Of a stretch of DNA of 64,000 bases, positions 6,412 to 15,023 are shown piece by piece; the stretch's first letter is position 1, and every line of letters begins with the position of its first letter. Below the pieces are notes generated by a model. That model saw only the letters and a program-made list of their open reading frames with translations. It was not told the origin of the DNA and did not search any database. The DNA comes from Methanobacteriota archaeon (GTDB taxonomy: Archaea > Halobacteriota > Methanosarcinia > Methanosarcinales > Methanosarcinaceae). The DNA lies in contig JAEWQJ010000043.1 in NCBI GenBank assembly GCA_023399215.1, forward strand, positions 3,405-67,404. Direction: 5' to 3'. The translations under genes and the position numbers were made by a program.

Positions 6412-9192
6412 ATGAACGAGAATCTTTTTCCTGAAAAAACTGGGTTCATGAAGCACCCGCTGATAAAACCCGATACCGTTGAGCAGAGGCTCTATCAATT
6501 GAACCTTGCAGGAAAGGCCCTCGAAGGCTCAAGCCTTGTTGTGCTTCCTACTGGGCTTGGAAAAACCATTATAGCTCTTTTTGTAATTGTTTCCAGGCTT
6601 CAGCGTTTCGGGGGAAAAGCGCTGATTCTTTCCCCAACAAAACCGCTTGTTGAGCAGCATGCTACTTTTTTCAAAAAAGTAATGGCTCTTCCTGAAGATG
6701 AGATTCTCACTTTTACAGGCAGCATTGCGCCTGAAGAGCGTGAAAAACTCTGGGCTCAGGGGAAGTTGATAGTATCCACTCCTCAGGTGATTGAAAACGA
6801 CCTTCTTACAAAAAGAATTAGCCTTGAGGATGTAACTCACATAACCTTTGATGAAGCCCACAGGGCAGTCGGAAATTACGCTTATACCTTTATTGCGGAA
6901 AAATACTTCGAAAGCGCAAAAAACCCTCATGTGCTCGGAATTACTGCAAGCCCCGGAAGTTCGGACGAGAAAATCTCTGAAGTATGTCAGGCTTTACACA
7001 TTGAAAATGTCTCCGTAAAAACTGAAAAAGATAGGGATGTCCGTCCTTATGTGCAGGAAAAAGAAATAGAATGGTTTCAGGTCCAGCTTCCTTCCGAAAT
7101 GGCCGAAATCCGGGGCTATCTGGAAAAAATCTTTGATGATCGGCTTGTAACCGTAAGAGATTTGGGGTTTTCAGTAGGCAGCGGGAAATATGTCTCTAAA
7201 AAAGACCTATTACTTCTCCAGAAGAAACTGCAGGGTGAAATTAGGATAGGAGGTGACCCTGCAGTTTTTACTGCAATGTCTGTACTTGCTGAAATGATGA
7301 AAGTGAACCATGCTGTGGAAATGATTGAGACTCAGGGACTTGAGCCTCTCAAGAAATACCTGGAGAAACTTGATGCTGAAGCCTCTTCAAACAGTGCGAG
7401 CAAGGCTTCAAAAAGGCTGATGGACGATCTCTACATGAGAAAAGCCCTTTACAGAGTAAAGGAATGCGAGGTTGAACATCCTAAACTTGAGCTTGCGCGG
7501 AAACTCGTATCCAAACAGCTAAAAGGAAGTCCTGATTCCAGGGTAATTGTTTTTACGAATTACAGGGACACAGCAGAGATAGTGGTAAATGCCCTATCAG
7601 AAGTTCCAGGAATTGCCCCTATCCGTTTTGTAGGGCAGGCCTCGCGCCGTAAGGACAAAGGGCTTACGCAAAAACAACAGGTGGAAGTTCTCGATAAGTT
7701 TAGAGCAGGAGAATATAACGTACTTGTAGCTACTTCAGTTGCTGAAGAAGGTCTTGATATCCCTTCCACAGACCTAGTATTATTCTACGAACCCATTCCC
7801 TCGGAAATCCGGAGCATCCAGCGTAAAGGCAGGACAGGCAGGCAGCATAAAGGCAGAGTCATTATACTTGTAACAAAGGGTACACGCGACGAAGCCTATT
7901 ACTGGAGCAGTAAGAGCAAGGAAAAAAGGATGCTAAAAAGCATGCACGGGCTTGAAGCTCTTCTGGATCCCAAAGATTCAAAGCAGGGTTCGAGACTTTC
8001 AGACTTTGAGTCTAAAGCTTTTATTCAGGATTATACGCAAAGTGAAGCTGAAAATGAGACTAAAATAAATAACAGATTAGAAAATGCTAATATAACGCAG
8101 GGAAATGAAGGTTCAATTCAGGAAAACAGTAATCTGGCTGTAAATCTCAGTGGTTTTGTAAACAGCAGGGGCAAAGCTGTAGATAGTACCTTTTTTGCAG
8201 ATAACAAGGATGCGGTTGTAGATAGCAGTAGTTTTGCAGACATCGGAAGCAGGGCTGCAGATGTTGGAGATTTAACTGTAGACAGCGAGGATTTAACTGT
8301 AGACAGCAGGGATATGGCTGCTGGCTCAGATTGTAACAGGGAGAATGAAGAAATTAACGAAGATAACTGTGGGGCCGGGAAAGAACAAAAGAATGAAGAA
8401 AAAAGCAGAGAAGAAAAAAGCAGGGAAGAAAACGTAAAAGAAAGACAAAAAACCTTTGTCTATTTTGAAACTCTTTCTGGAAAGAAACCTGAATCCTCAC
8501 CCGAAACTACTGCAGAAGTATCCAAAATGGAAATCAACCCCGAATCCCTGAAAATAATAGTGGACTTCAGGGAAGCAAAAAGTGGGGTTGCAAATGTTCT
8601 TGATAAGCTTGGAGTAGAAATTATTTTTACCAAGCTTGAAATTGGTGATTACGTTGTAAGCGACCGCCTTGCCGTGGAGAGAAAGCGCACAGATGACTTT
8701 GTAAACTCTCTTGTTGATGGAAAACGTAATCTTTTTGCGCAATTATCGGATCTTACAAGAGTATATCAAAAGCCTGTTCTTATCATTGAAGGAACAGAAC
8801 TTTTCACTTCAAGGCAAATTAACCCTAATGCTATTTACGGCTCCTTGATATCCATTGCTATTGATTTTGGAGTATCAATATTATATTCAAGAGATGAAGA
8901 AGAAACTGCTGCAATTTTAAAAATGCTTGCAAAGCGTGAGCAGATGGAAAATAAAAGAGAGGTCAATCCCCACGGAAAAAAGTCAACAAGTACCCTTCCT
9001 GAGCAGCAGGAATACCTGGTATCCGCGATCGCAGACATCGGGCCGAAAGCTGCAAGAAACCTTCTTTTGCACTTCGGCTCAGTAGAGGCTATTATGAAAG
9101 CTGATGCCAACGAACTCAAGAAAGTAAACTTAATAGGGCCAAAAAGAGCAACAAAAATTAGAGAACTCATTGAGGCTCCCTATAAAGGATAA
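6412..9192 (+). CDS. hef: Hef helicase/nuclease (SF2 helicase plus XPF-family nuclease plus (HhH)2)
   Basis: Walker A is PTGLGKT and the DEAH box is FDEAHRA. Helicase motif VI is QRKGRTGR. The C-terminal XPF nuclease motif is GDYVVSDRLAVERKRTDDF, followed by tandem HhH motifs (IGPKAARNLL..., IGPKRATKIRELI). A low-complexity linker of about 195 aa separates the two halves. Confidence 0.9.
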   Translation: MNENLFPEKTGFMKHPLIKPDTVEQRLYQLNLAGKALEGSSLVVLPTGLGKTIIALFVIVSRLQRFGGKALILSPTKPLVEQHATFFKKVMALPEDEILTFTGSIAPEEREKLWAQGKLIVSTPQVIENDLLTKRISLEDVTHITFDEAHRAVGNYAYTFIAEKYFESAKNPHVLGITASPGSSDEKISEVCQALHIENVSVKTEKDRDVRPYVQEKEIEWFQVQLPSEMAEIRGYLEKIFDDRLVTVRDLGFSVGSGKYVSKKDLLLLQKKLQGEIRIGGDPAVFTAMSVLAEMMKVNHAVEMIETQGLEPLKKYLEKLDAEASSNSASKASKRLMDDLYMRKALYRVKECEVEHPKLELARKLVSKQLKGSPDSRVIVFTNYRDTAEIVVNALSEVPGIAPIRFVGQASRRKDKGLTQKQQVEVLDKFRAGEYNVLVATSVAEEGLDIPSTDLVLFYEPIPSEIRSIQRKGRTGRQHKGRVIILVTKGTRDEAYYWSSKSKEKRMLKSMHGLEALLDPKDSKQGSRLSDFESKAFIQDYTQSEAENETKINNRLENANITQGNEGSIQENSNLAVNLSGFVNSRGKAVDSTFFADNKDAVVDSSSFADIGSRAADVGDLTVDSEDLTVDSRDMAAGSDCNRENEEINEDNCGAGKEQKNEEKSREEKSREENVKERQKTFVYFETLSGKKPESSPETTAEVSKMEINPESLKIIVDFREAKSGVANVLDKLGVEIIFTKLEIGDYVVSDRLAVERKRTDDFVNSLVDGKRNLFAQLSDLTRVYQKPVLIIEGTELFTSRQINPNAIYGSLISIAIDFGVSILYSRDEEETAAILKMLAKREQMENKREVNPHGKKSTSTLPEQQEYLVSAIADIGPKAARNLLLHFGSVEAIMKADANELKKVNLIGPKRATKIRELIEAPYKG

Positions 9193-9193
9193 A

Positions 9194-9277
9194 TGACGGA
9201 AAAAGTAACGAAAAAGGTAATGAAAACGGTAACGAAAAAGGTAACGAAAAAAGTAACGAAAAAGGTAACGAAAAAAA
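9194..9277. repeat. ~7 x 12-bp tandem repeat (GTAACGAAAAAG)
   Basis: Head-to-tail copies of GTAACGAAAAAG lie between the convergent ends of hef and the UPF0148 gene. Track ORF 9193..9399 (MTEKVTKKVMKTVTKKVTKKV...) is just this repeat translated. Confidence 0.85.
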
Positions 9278-9308
9278 TCTTCTCTTTCTTTTCTTTTTAC
9301 TCTTACCT

Positions 9309-9962
9309 TTATAACTGCCTCAGGCGCTCTATAAGCCCAAGCCCTTTTCCAATTAATTCTAAATCCTCGGCAATCCTACGCGGGTCTGTTTCATCCTGAA
9401 GGCAATCTGCAATATTGACCATCTTTCTAAAGAGAAGGTCTTCCAGTACCTTCCGGTCTCTATTGACTCCTGCTACCTTTGATACTGCCGCGGGTTTTTC
9501 TGCTCTTTCTGAAGGTGCGGCCTGGATTACAGGAGCTGCAGGACCTCTAGGAATTGTAGAAGCTCTAGGAACTGCAGGTGCTTTCCTTCCTGCGTCTTCT
9601 TTTTCAGAAGGTAATACGGGAATTTCCTCTTCTACTGGCTCGATAGCCTTTTCCTCTTCTTCGGCAGTTTCAGAGGTTCTCAGCCCGAACCTCGATTTTT
9701 GCCTGTGTGCCTGGACTCTCTTCTTGCTCTCAAAAGAAGATTTGTCTTTTTCTGTAGACGGCGTGGGTTCAGGAGCCTGGACTTCTGCGGCTGGTTCCGG
9801 AGCTTCTTTCTCTTCCTGGACATCACATATAGGACAGATTACTCTACCCTGATAACGGAACTTTGGGGCCCCGCAGACTTTACAATGCTCAGCAAGCATT
9901 GTGCCCCCTAGTTCAAGGAAACGTGCTATTCGCTTTACTTTTTTATCTTTTTCAGAATCCAT
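9309..9962 (-). CDS. UPF0148 / autoantigen-p27-like zinc-ribbon protein
   Basis: From the ATG at 9962 the sequence reads MDSEKDKKVKRIARFLELGGTMLAEHCKVCGAPKFRYQGRVICPICD. This is the CxxC...CxxC ribbon typical of the archaeal UPF0148/SSSCA1 family. A Pro/Glu/Ala-rich linker and a conserved helical C-terminus follow. The track start at 10010 is a GTG 16 codons further upstream. Confidence 0.6.
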   Translation of the reverse strand: MDSEKDKKVKRIARFLELGGTMLAEHCKVCGAPKFRYQGRVICPICDVQEEKEAPEPAAEVQAPEPTPSTEKDKSSFESKKRVQAHRQKSRFGLRTSETAEEEEKAIEPVEEEIPVLPSEKEDAGRKAPAVPRASTIPRGPAAPVIQAAPSERAEKPAAVSKVAGVNRDRKVLEDLLFRKMVNIADCLQDETDPRRIAEDLELIGKGLGLIERLRQL

Positions 9963-10239
9963 AGATCTGACCTTCCTCTGTTTGCGGCTTCTTATGCATT
10001 TGCTTCTCACTTATTTTATAAAATTTTTCCTGTAGCTCACTGTATATGAAGCTAATTTATCCTGTGTAAATAAGAAAAAGGAAATAAATACAGAATCACA
10101 ATTGGCAGACTCTGATATGGGGAACCTTTAAAATCACCGATAATATTTTATATAACAAGCCTATCTTAGACTAATCTATACTATATTAGCTATATTAGCT
10201 CTAATTTTTATATCATAATTAACTGCGAAGGTGATTCGA

Positions 10240-10512
10240 ATGTCATCAAATGATTCAGCAGATGTCATAAAACAATGTCTTCAAGTCCTAGAAAATATAA
10301 CCAGTGACTCTTCAGTTCCTAGAAATATCAGGCGTTCCGTAAATGAAATTATGGACATACTGAACAACGAATCCGAACCTCTCTTTCTTAGAGCGGCATC
10401 AAGCATTTCCATTCTCGAAGATATAAGCAATGATCCTAACCTTCCTCTGCACACAAGAACTTTGATATGGAACCTCTCAAGCCAGCTCGAGACCATTCCT
10501 GTAGATGAGTAA
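10240..10512 (+). CDS. UPF0147 family protein (conserved archaeal ~90-aa protein)
   Basis: [84 protein letters not shown] matches the family pattern as I remember it (D.SVPRNIRR ... RAA.AISILD.ISNDPN.P.H.RT.IW). The ATG at 10240 is preceded by the SD AAGGTGAT. The track start at 10231 is a GTG inside that SD. Confidence 0.65.
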   Translation: MSSNDSADVIKQCLQVLENITSDSSVPRNIRRSVNEIMDILNNESEPLFLRAASSISILEDISNDPNLPLHTRTLIWNLSSQLETIPVDE

Positions 10513-10846
10513 TCCTGTAGATGATATATAGGATTCATATAGACATAGATTCTTAAAATATAAAAATAGAATTTGCGTGGGAGCAAATACTGGGAACAGA
10601 TAAGCTCCAAGAAAAACATCTCTCGAGATGATCCTGCTAAAAAATTCCGAACTCTAACTAATTCTAAAAAAAGAACTAAAAGGTAACAACCTTACTATTC
10701 TATTAGCTACCTCAGGCTGATTTTGGAATTGTCTTCTGGAAGTTAGAGGATATCGACAAGGAAAAAGCCCTTTTCCTTCTTTTTTATATATTTTTCCGGA
10801 AACTGGATTAGAGCTCTGGATCTTAAAAATCGGATTATAAGCTAAC

Positions 10847-10945
10847 TCAAGAATGTAAGAGGACTGAATAGAAAAGAATGTAAGAGGGCCAAATACAAAA
10901 GAATATAAAAAGATGAAATGGAAAAGAATGTAAGAGGATTAAATG
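10847..10945. repeat. 4 x 25-bp tandem repeat (AAGAATGTAAGAGGA core)
   Basis: GAATGTAAGAGG occurs at 10851, 10876 and 10926, with a degenerate copy at 10901. The period is 25 bp. The array lies upstream of the translin-like gene. Confidence 0.75.
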
Positions 10946-11245
10946 GAAAAAAATTGATAAAGATATAATGGAAAAATAATAGAATAAAAATAGAAATTAA
11001 GGAATTTCAAACTCAGATGTAACTCAGATTGTATAAACGAAGATTTAAGGAATTCTGAACTCAGCACATACAGGGAAAAAATTTATATACAGACGTAAGA
11101 TATTTGAAGAGAATTTCTTAGATGAGATTTTAGAATTCTGGAAAACCTATAGAAAACGTATAATAACTATTTTAGCTTCAAGCCAAAAATTAGTTTTTAG
11201 GCGGAAAAACTAATTGTGTAAAAGGCTAAGAAACATAAAGGGGGT

Positions 11246-11881
11246 ATGAAAATCTTGCTTGAAGAAATCTCGGCCCGGATAAGAGAAAATTTTGATGCTA
11301 AGGACAGTATAAGGGAAGAGGGATTGAAGATTTCACGGGAAGTTGTCAGGGAATGCAGAACAGCATCATTTGCTCTGCACGGCCAGGACTTTGAAAAGGC
11401 AGATAAAAATATCAAAACCGCAGGACATGCGCTTGAGAAACTTGAAGTTCTTTTCGAAGGGCATGCTGACATTTATCATGCAGGCTTTGTAGAACATGCC
11501 CAGCAGGAGTATTCTGAGGTTTCAGTCCTCAGCAGCCTGCTGAAAGAAGAAGGAAAAAAATTTCCCTCCCCTGAAGAGTTAAGGGTCGAATATGCAGCTT
11601 ACCTTAATGGGCTTGGGGACGTTGTCGGAGAGCTTAGGAGGCATGTTCTGGACCTTATAAGGAAAGAGTCCTTTGAGAAAGCCGAAGTGTTTTTAGGTAT
11701 TATGGAAAATATCCATGCAGTGCTTATGGACTTTGACTACCCTGATGCCATAACCGGAGGATTGAGGCGAAAAACCGACGTATCCCGCTCCTTAATAGAA
11801 AAGACGCGCGGTGATGTTGTTAACGCAATTGGTCAGAAAAAGCTTGAGACCGCAATGCGAAATCTGGAATCCAAACTTTAG
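11246..11881 (+). CDS. Translin-family protein (archaeal translin/TRAX-like)
   Basis: 211 aa and all-helical. The family motif YLNGLGDVVGELRR and the overall layout match the translin family. A strong SD (AAAGGGGGT) lies immediately upstream of the ATG. Confidence 0.65.
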   Translation: MKILLEEISARIRENFDAKDSIREEGLKISREVVRECRTASFALHGQDFEKADKNIKTAGHALEKLEVLFEGHADIYHAGFVEHAQQEYSEVSVLSSLLKEEGKKFPSPEELRVEYAAYLNGLGDVVGELRRHVLDLIRKESFEKAEVFLGIMENIHAVLMDFDYPDAITGGLRRKTDVSRSLIEKTRGDVVNAIGQKKLETAMRNLESKL

Positions 11882-12100
11882 ATAGCCTTAGATAAAAGAA
11901 TGCTTAAATATCGAGCAAATCGGCACCTTTGAACCACAAAAGTTAAAATTGGTCGTAAAACGCAATCCACTAATATACAGCTTCCACTAATATACAGCTC
12001 ACTCGATAACTATTAAACCACTGATTAGTTTAACAATTACTAGCCGTCTGGCAGTTAACTGTTTAAACTTGGGAATATGGAATTCCCAAGTTAATCAACA

Positions 12101-12163
12101 TAGAATTAAAGTTGACAGGCTTAGAATTGAAGTTGACAGGCTTAGAATTGAAGTTGACAACTT
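12101..12163. repeat. 3 x 21-bp tandem repeat (TAGAATTGAAGTTGACAGGCT) upstream of sepS
   Basis: Three contiguous copies, plus two degenerate copies further downstream (about 12183 and 12225). A perfect 9-bp-arm palindrome CTTGGGAAT-ATGGA-ATTCCCAAG sits at 12068..12090. Confidence 0.8.
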
Positions 12164-12314
12164 ATACTTACACACTACAGCCTTAGTATTAATCTTGACA
12201 GCTTATACGTATAATTATCAGGTTTAGAATTGAGCTCTACAGACTACAAACATATTTAACAGACTTATAATTCCAATAATCTAGAATTCCAATAATCTAT
12301 TCAAGAGGATATGC

Positions 12315-13934
12315 ATGAAATTTGATCCGGAAAAAATAAAGAGGGACGCTAAAGAGAACTTCGACCTTACCTGGAATGAGGGCAAAAAACTGGTCAGGAC
12401 ACCTACCCTGAACGAACGTTATCCCAGAACCACTTTGAAATATGGAAAAGCTCATCCCGTTTACGATACAATCCAGAAACTTAGAGAAGCATATTTAAGA
12501 ATGGGCTTTGAAGAGATGATGAACCCTCTGATAGTGGATGATAAAGAGGTACACAAACAGTTCGGAAGCGAAGCTCTTGCAGTCCTGGACCGTTGTTTTT
12601 ATCTTGCAGGCCTGCCACGGCCGAACGTTGGAATTTCCGATGAGCGCACCTCAGAGGTAAAAGAGATTCTCGGGGATATAGGCGACGATGGGGTAGAAAA
12701 GATAAGGCAGGTTCTCCATTCGTATAAAAAAGGAAAGATAGAAGGAGACGACCTTGTGCCCGAGATTTCAACAGTGCTTGGAGTTTCAGACGCCCTTGTT
12801 GCAGATATGATCGAAAAGGTTTTCCCGGAATTTAAAGAGCTTATACCCCAGGCAAGCACAAAGACTCTCCGCAGCCACATGACCAGCGGATGGTTTATTT
12901 CTCTCAGTTCCCTCCTTGAAAGACAAGAGCCACCCTTCCACTTCTTCTCCGTAGACCGCTGCTTCAGGCGAGAACAGCAAGAGGATGCCTCAAGACTCAT
13001 GACCTATTATTCGGCTTCCTGCGTAATTATGGATGAAGATGTGACTGTCGACCATGGAAAAGCCGTATCAGAAGGGCTTCTTTCCCAGTTTGGATTTGAG
13101 AAATTCCTTTTCAGGCCCGATGAGAAACGCAGCAAATACTACATTCCTGACACGCAGACCGAAGTGTTTGCCTTCCATCCAAAACTTGTGGGCTCTAACT
13201 CAAAGTACTCTGACGGCTGGATCGAGATTGCAACTTTCGGAATTTATTCCCCAACAGCGCTTGCCCAATATGATATTCCGTATCCTGTAATGAATCTTGG
13301 GCTCGGAGTGGAAAGGCTGGCAATGATTCTTCATGATGCACCTGATATCCGATCTCTTACCTACCCACAGATTCCACAGTATACTGAATGGAAAATGTCA
13401 GATGGCGAACTTGCAAAACAGGTCTTCGTAGATAAAGTACCCGAAACTCCTGAAGGACTTGCGATTGCAGCTTCCATTGTTTCCCAGTGCGAACTGCATG
13501 GAGAAGAACCAAGTCCCTGTGAATTCCCTGCCTGGGAAGGAGAAGTTTGCGGGAGAAAAGTAAAAGTTTCCGTAACCGAGCCCGAAGAAAATACAAAGCT
13601 TTGCGGACCTGCAGCTTTTAATGAGGTTGTAGTATATCAGGGAGATATAATGGGAATTCCGAATACCAAGAAATGGCAGAAAGCTTTTGAAAACCACTCT
13701 GCAAGAGCAGGAATTCGCTTTATAGAAGCATTTGCAGCCCAGGCCGCCAGAGAAATTGAAGAAGCTGCTCTGTCAGGAGCAACTGAGCATATAGCCAGGA
13801 TAAGAATCGCCAAAGTTCCCTCGGAAGTTAACCTGAGAATAGGCTCTATTGCCCAGCGTTATATCACAGGTAAAAAGAAAAAAATAGATATGAGAGGCCC
13901 GGTTTTCACATCTGTAAAAGCTGAATTCGTGTGA
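12315..13934 (+). CDS. sepS: O-phosphoseryl-tRNA(Cys) synthetase (SepRS)
   Basis: 539 aa. The N-terminus MKFDPEKIKRDAKENFDLTWNEGKK, the PheRS-alpha-like class II core (LRSHMTSGWF, FSVDRCFRRE, GLGVERLAM) and the C-terminal anticodon-binding domain are characteristic of methanogen SepRS. Confidence 0.9.
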   Translation: MKFDPEKIKRDAKENFDLTWNEGKKLVRTPTLNERYPRTTLKYGKAHPVYDTIQKLREAYLRMGFEEMMNPLIVDDKEVHKQFGSEALAVLDRCFYLAGLPRPNVGISDERTSEVKEILGDIGDDGVEKIRQVLHSYKKGKIEGDDLVPEISTVLGVSDALVADMIEKVFPEFKELIPQASTKTLRSHMTSGWFISLSSLLERQEPPFHFFSVDRCFRREQQEDASRLMTYYSASCVIMDEDVTVDHGKAVSEGLLSQFGFEKFLFRPDEKRSKYYIPDTQTEVFAFHPKLVGSNSKYSDGWIEIATFGIYSPTALAQYDIPYPVMNLGLGVERLAMILHDAPDIRSLTYPQIPQYTEWKMSDGELAKQVFVDKVPETPEGLAIAASIVSQCELHGEEPSPCEFPAWEGEVCGRKVKVSVTEPEENTKLCGPAAFNEVVVYQGDIMGIPNTKKWQKAFENHSARAGIRFIEAFAAQAAREIEEAALSGATEHIARIRIAKVPSEVNLRIGSIAQRYITGKKKKIDMRGPVFTSVKAEFV

Positions 13935-13978
13935 AAGCCAGAAAAGTGGGAAGGCCAGAAAAAACAGGAGCAAATTAC

Positions 13979-14722
13979 ATGCACACCGACCAAAACCCTT
14001 TTTCAAAATATCCGGAGCTCAGCCGGCTGATGGAGATAGGCGAGCCTGTATGTGTAACCTTCGAAACAGAGCACGAAATTGGGCGCAAAGTCGGGAGTAA
14101 AGTCGGGCACGAAGCTGAAAAAAATATTGAGGGAAAAAACGAAGAGATAGTAGTTGGTACAGGAGACGAAAAATTTCCTGAAAAATCCCATTTTCTTTTT
14201 TGCGAACTTGTGCAGAAAGCCCGTATGGGAGAAGCGTTCCTGATTTCGGGGCAAAGCTGCTCTCCGGGAGATTATGTGCTGGGATTTTCTGAAAAGAACC
14301 CGGCAGCATACTACCTGAGTTCCGGAAGATATAAAGACTCACAGGCTGCGGAAAATGCAGCCTTATCACTCCCGAGACTGAAAAAAAAGTTTTGTTTTAT
14401 GAGAATCGAGCCTTTGTCCCTGAATAAAGGTCGTTTTGATGTGCTGATTCTTTTCCTGAAACCTGAAAAAGCTATGCGCATTGTTCAGGCAAGTGCCTAC
14501 CCGGAAGGAAAAAGGGCAGTAACGGATACAATGGGTGCAGCTTCCATCTGTGGAGACTGTACCGTACTTGCATACAGGAAAGGTATGGGCCTATCTTTCG
14601 GGTGCAAGGGATCAAGAAAACACAGTGGATATGCAGATTTTGAAGTTCCTCTTGGGCTTTCTTTTGAAAAAGCATCTGAAATAGAAGGAATTCTCTCAAA
14701 ACTTCCGGAAACGAGGGAGTAA
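13979..14722 (+). CDS. DUF169 (COG2043)-like protein
   Basis: The ATG at 13979 has an AGGAG SD 8 nt upstream. The track's GTG at 13931 would overlap the sepS stop by 4 nt. Size and motifs (FCELV..AR.G..F, ASICGDCTV, GCKGSRKHSG) resemble DUF169, but the assignment is from memory only. Confidence 0.45.
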   Translation: MHTDQNPFSKYPELSRLMEIGEPVCVTFETEHEIGRKVGSKVGHEAEKNIEGKNEEIVVGTGDEKFPEKSHFLFCELVQKARMGEAFLISGQSCSPGDYVLGFSEKNPAAYYLSSGRYKDSQAAENAALSLPRLKKKFCFMRIEPLSLNKGRFDVLILFLKPEKAMRIVQASAYPEGKRAVTDTMGAASICGDCTVLAYRKGMGLSFGCKGSRKHSGYADFEVPLGLSFEKASEIEGILSKLPETRE

Positions 14723-14815
14723 AAAGTTAATTCAAGAATTCTCTGGTTTCCAGGAGCAAATAAAGAATTATTGAAACTATATTTCTATACCTGATAGTCC
14801 TTCAGAAATCAGGAA

Positions 14816-14865
14816 GAAAATCTCATTCTGGAATTAGTAAGAAAATCTCATTCTGGAATTAGTAA
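14816..14865. repeat. 2 x 25-bp tandem repeat (GAAAATCTCATTCTGGAATTAGTAA)
   Basis: A perfect head-to-tail duplication lies between the convergent 3' ends of the DUF169 gene and the serine hydrolase gene. Confidence 0.85.
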
Positions 14866-15023
14866 GTAACCCATTCTTTTAACTCATTTTTAAACTCAGT
14901 TTTTTTAAAAATCTGCAACCGAAAGCATGTATTTTTTTGTTGAAAAATTTATATGAAACGTATATTCGGCGGGTCGACATAAATTACAGTGAAATATCTT
15001 TTTCAGAACGGGTGGTGATAAGT

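Noticed and set aside
9193-9399. ORF MTEKVTKKVMKTVTKKVTKKVTKKVTKK...
   Set aside because: It is a translation of a 12-bp tandem repeat in a convergent intergenic gap. It also overlaps the 3' end of the UPF0148 gene and has no SD.
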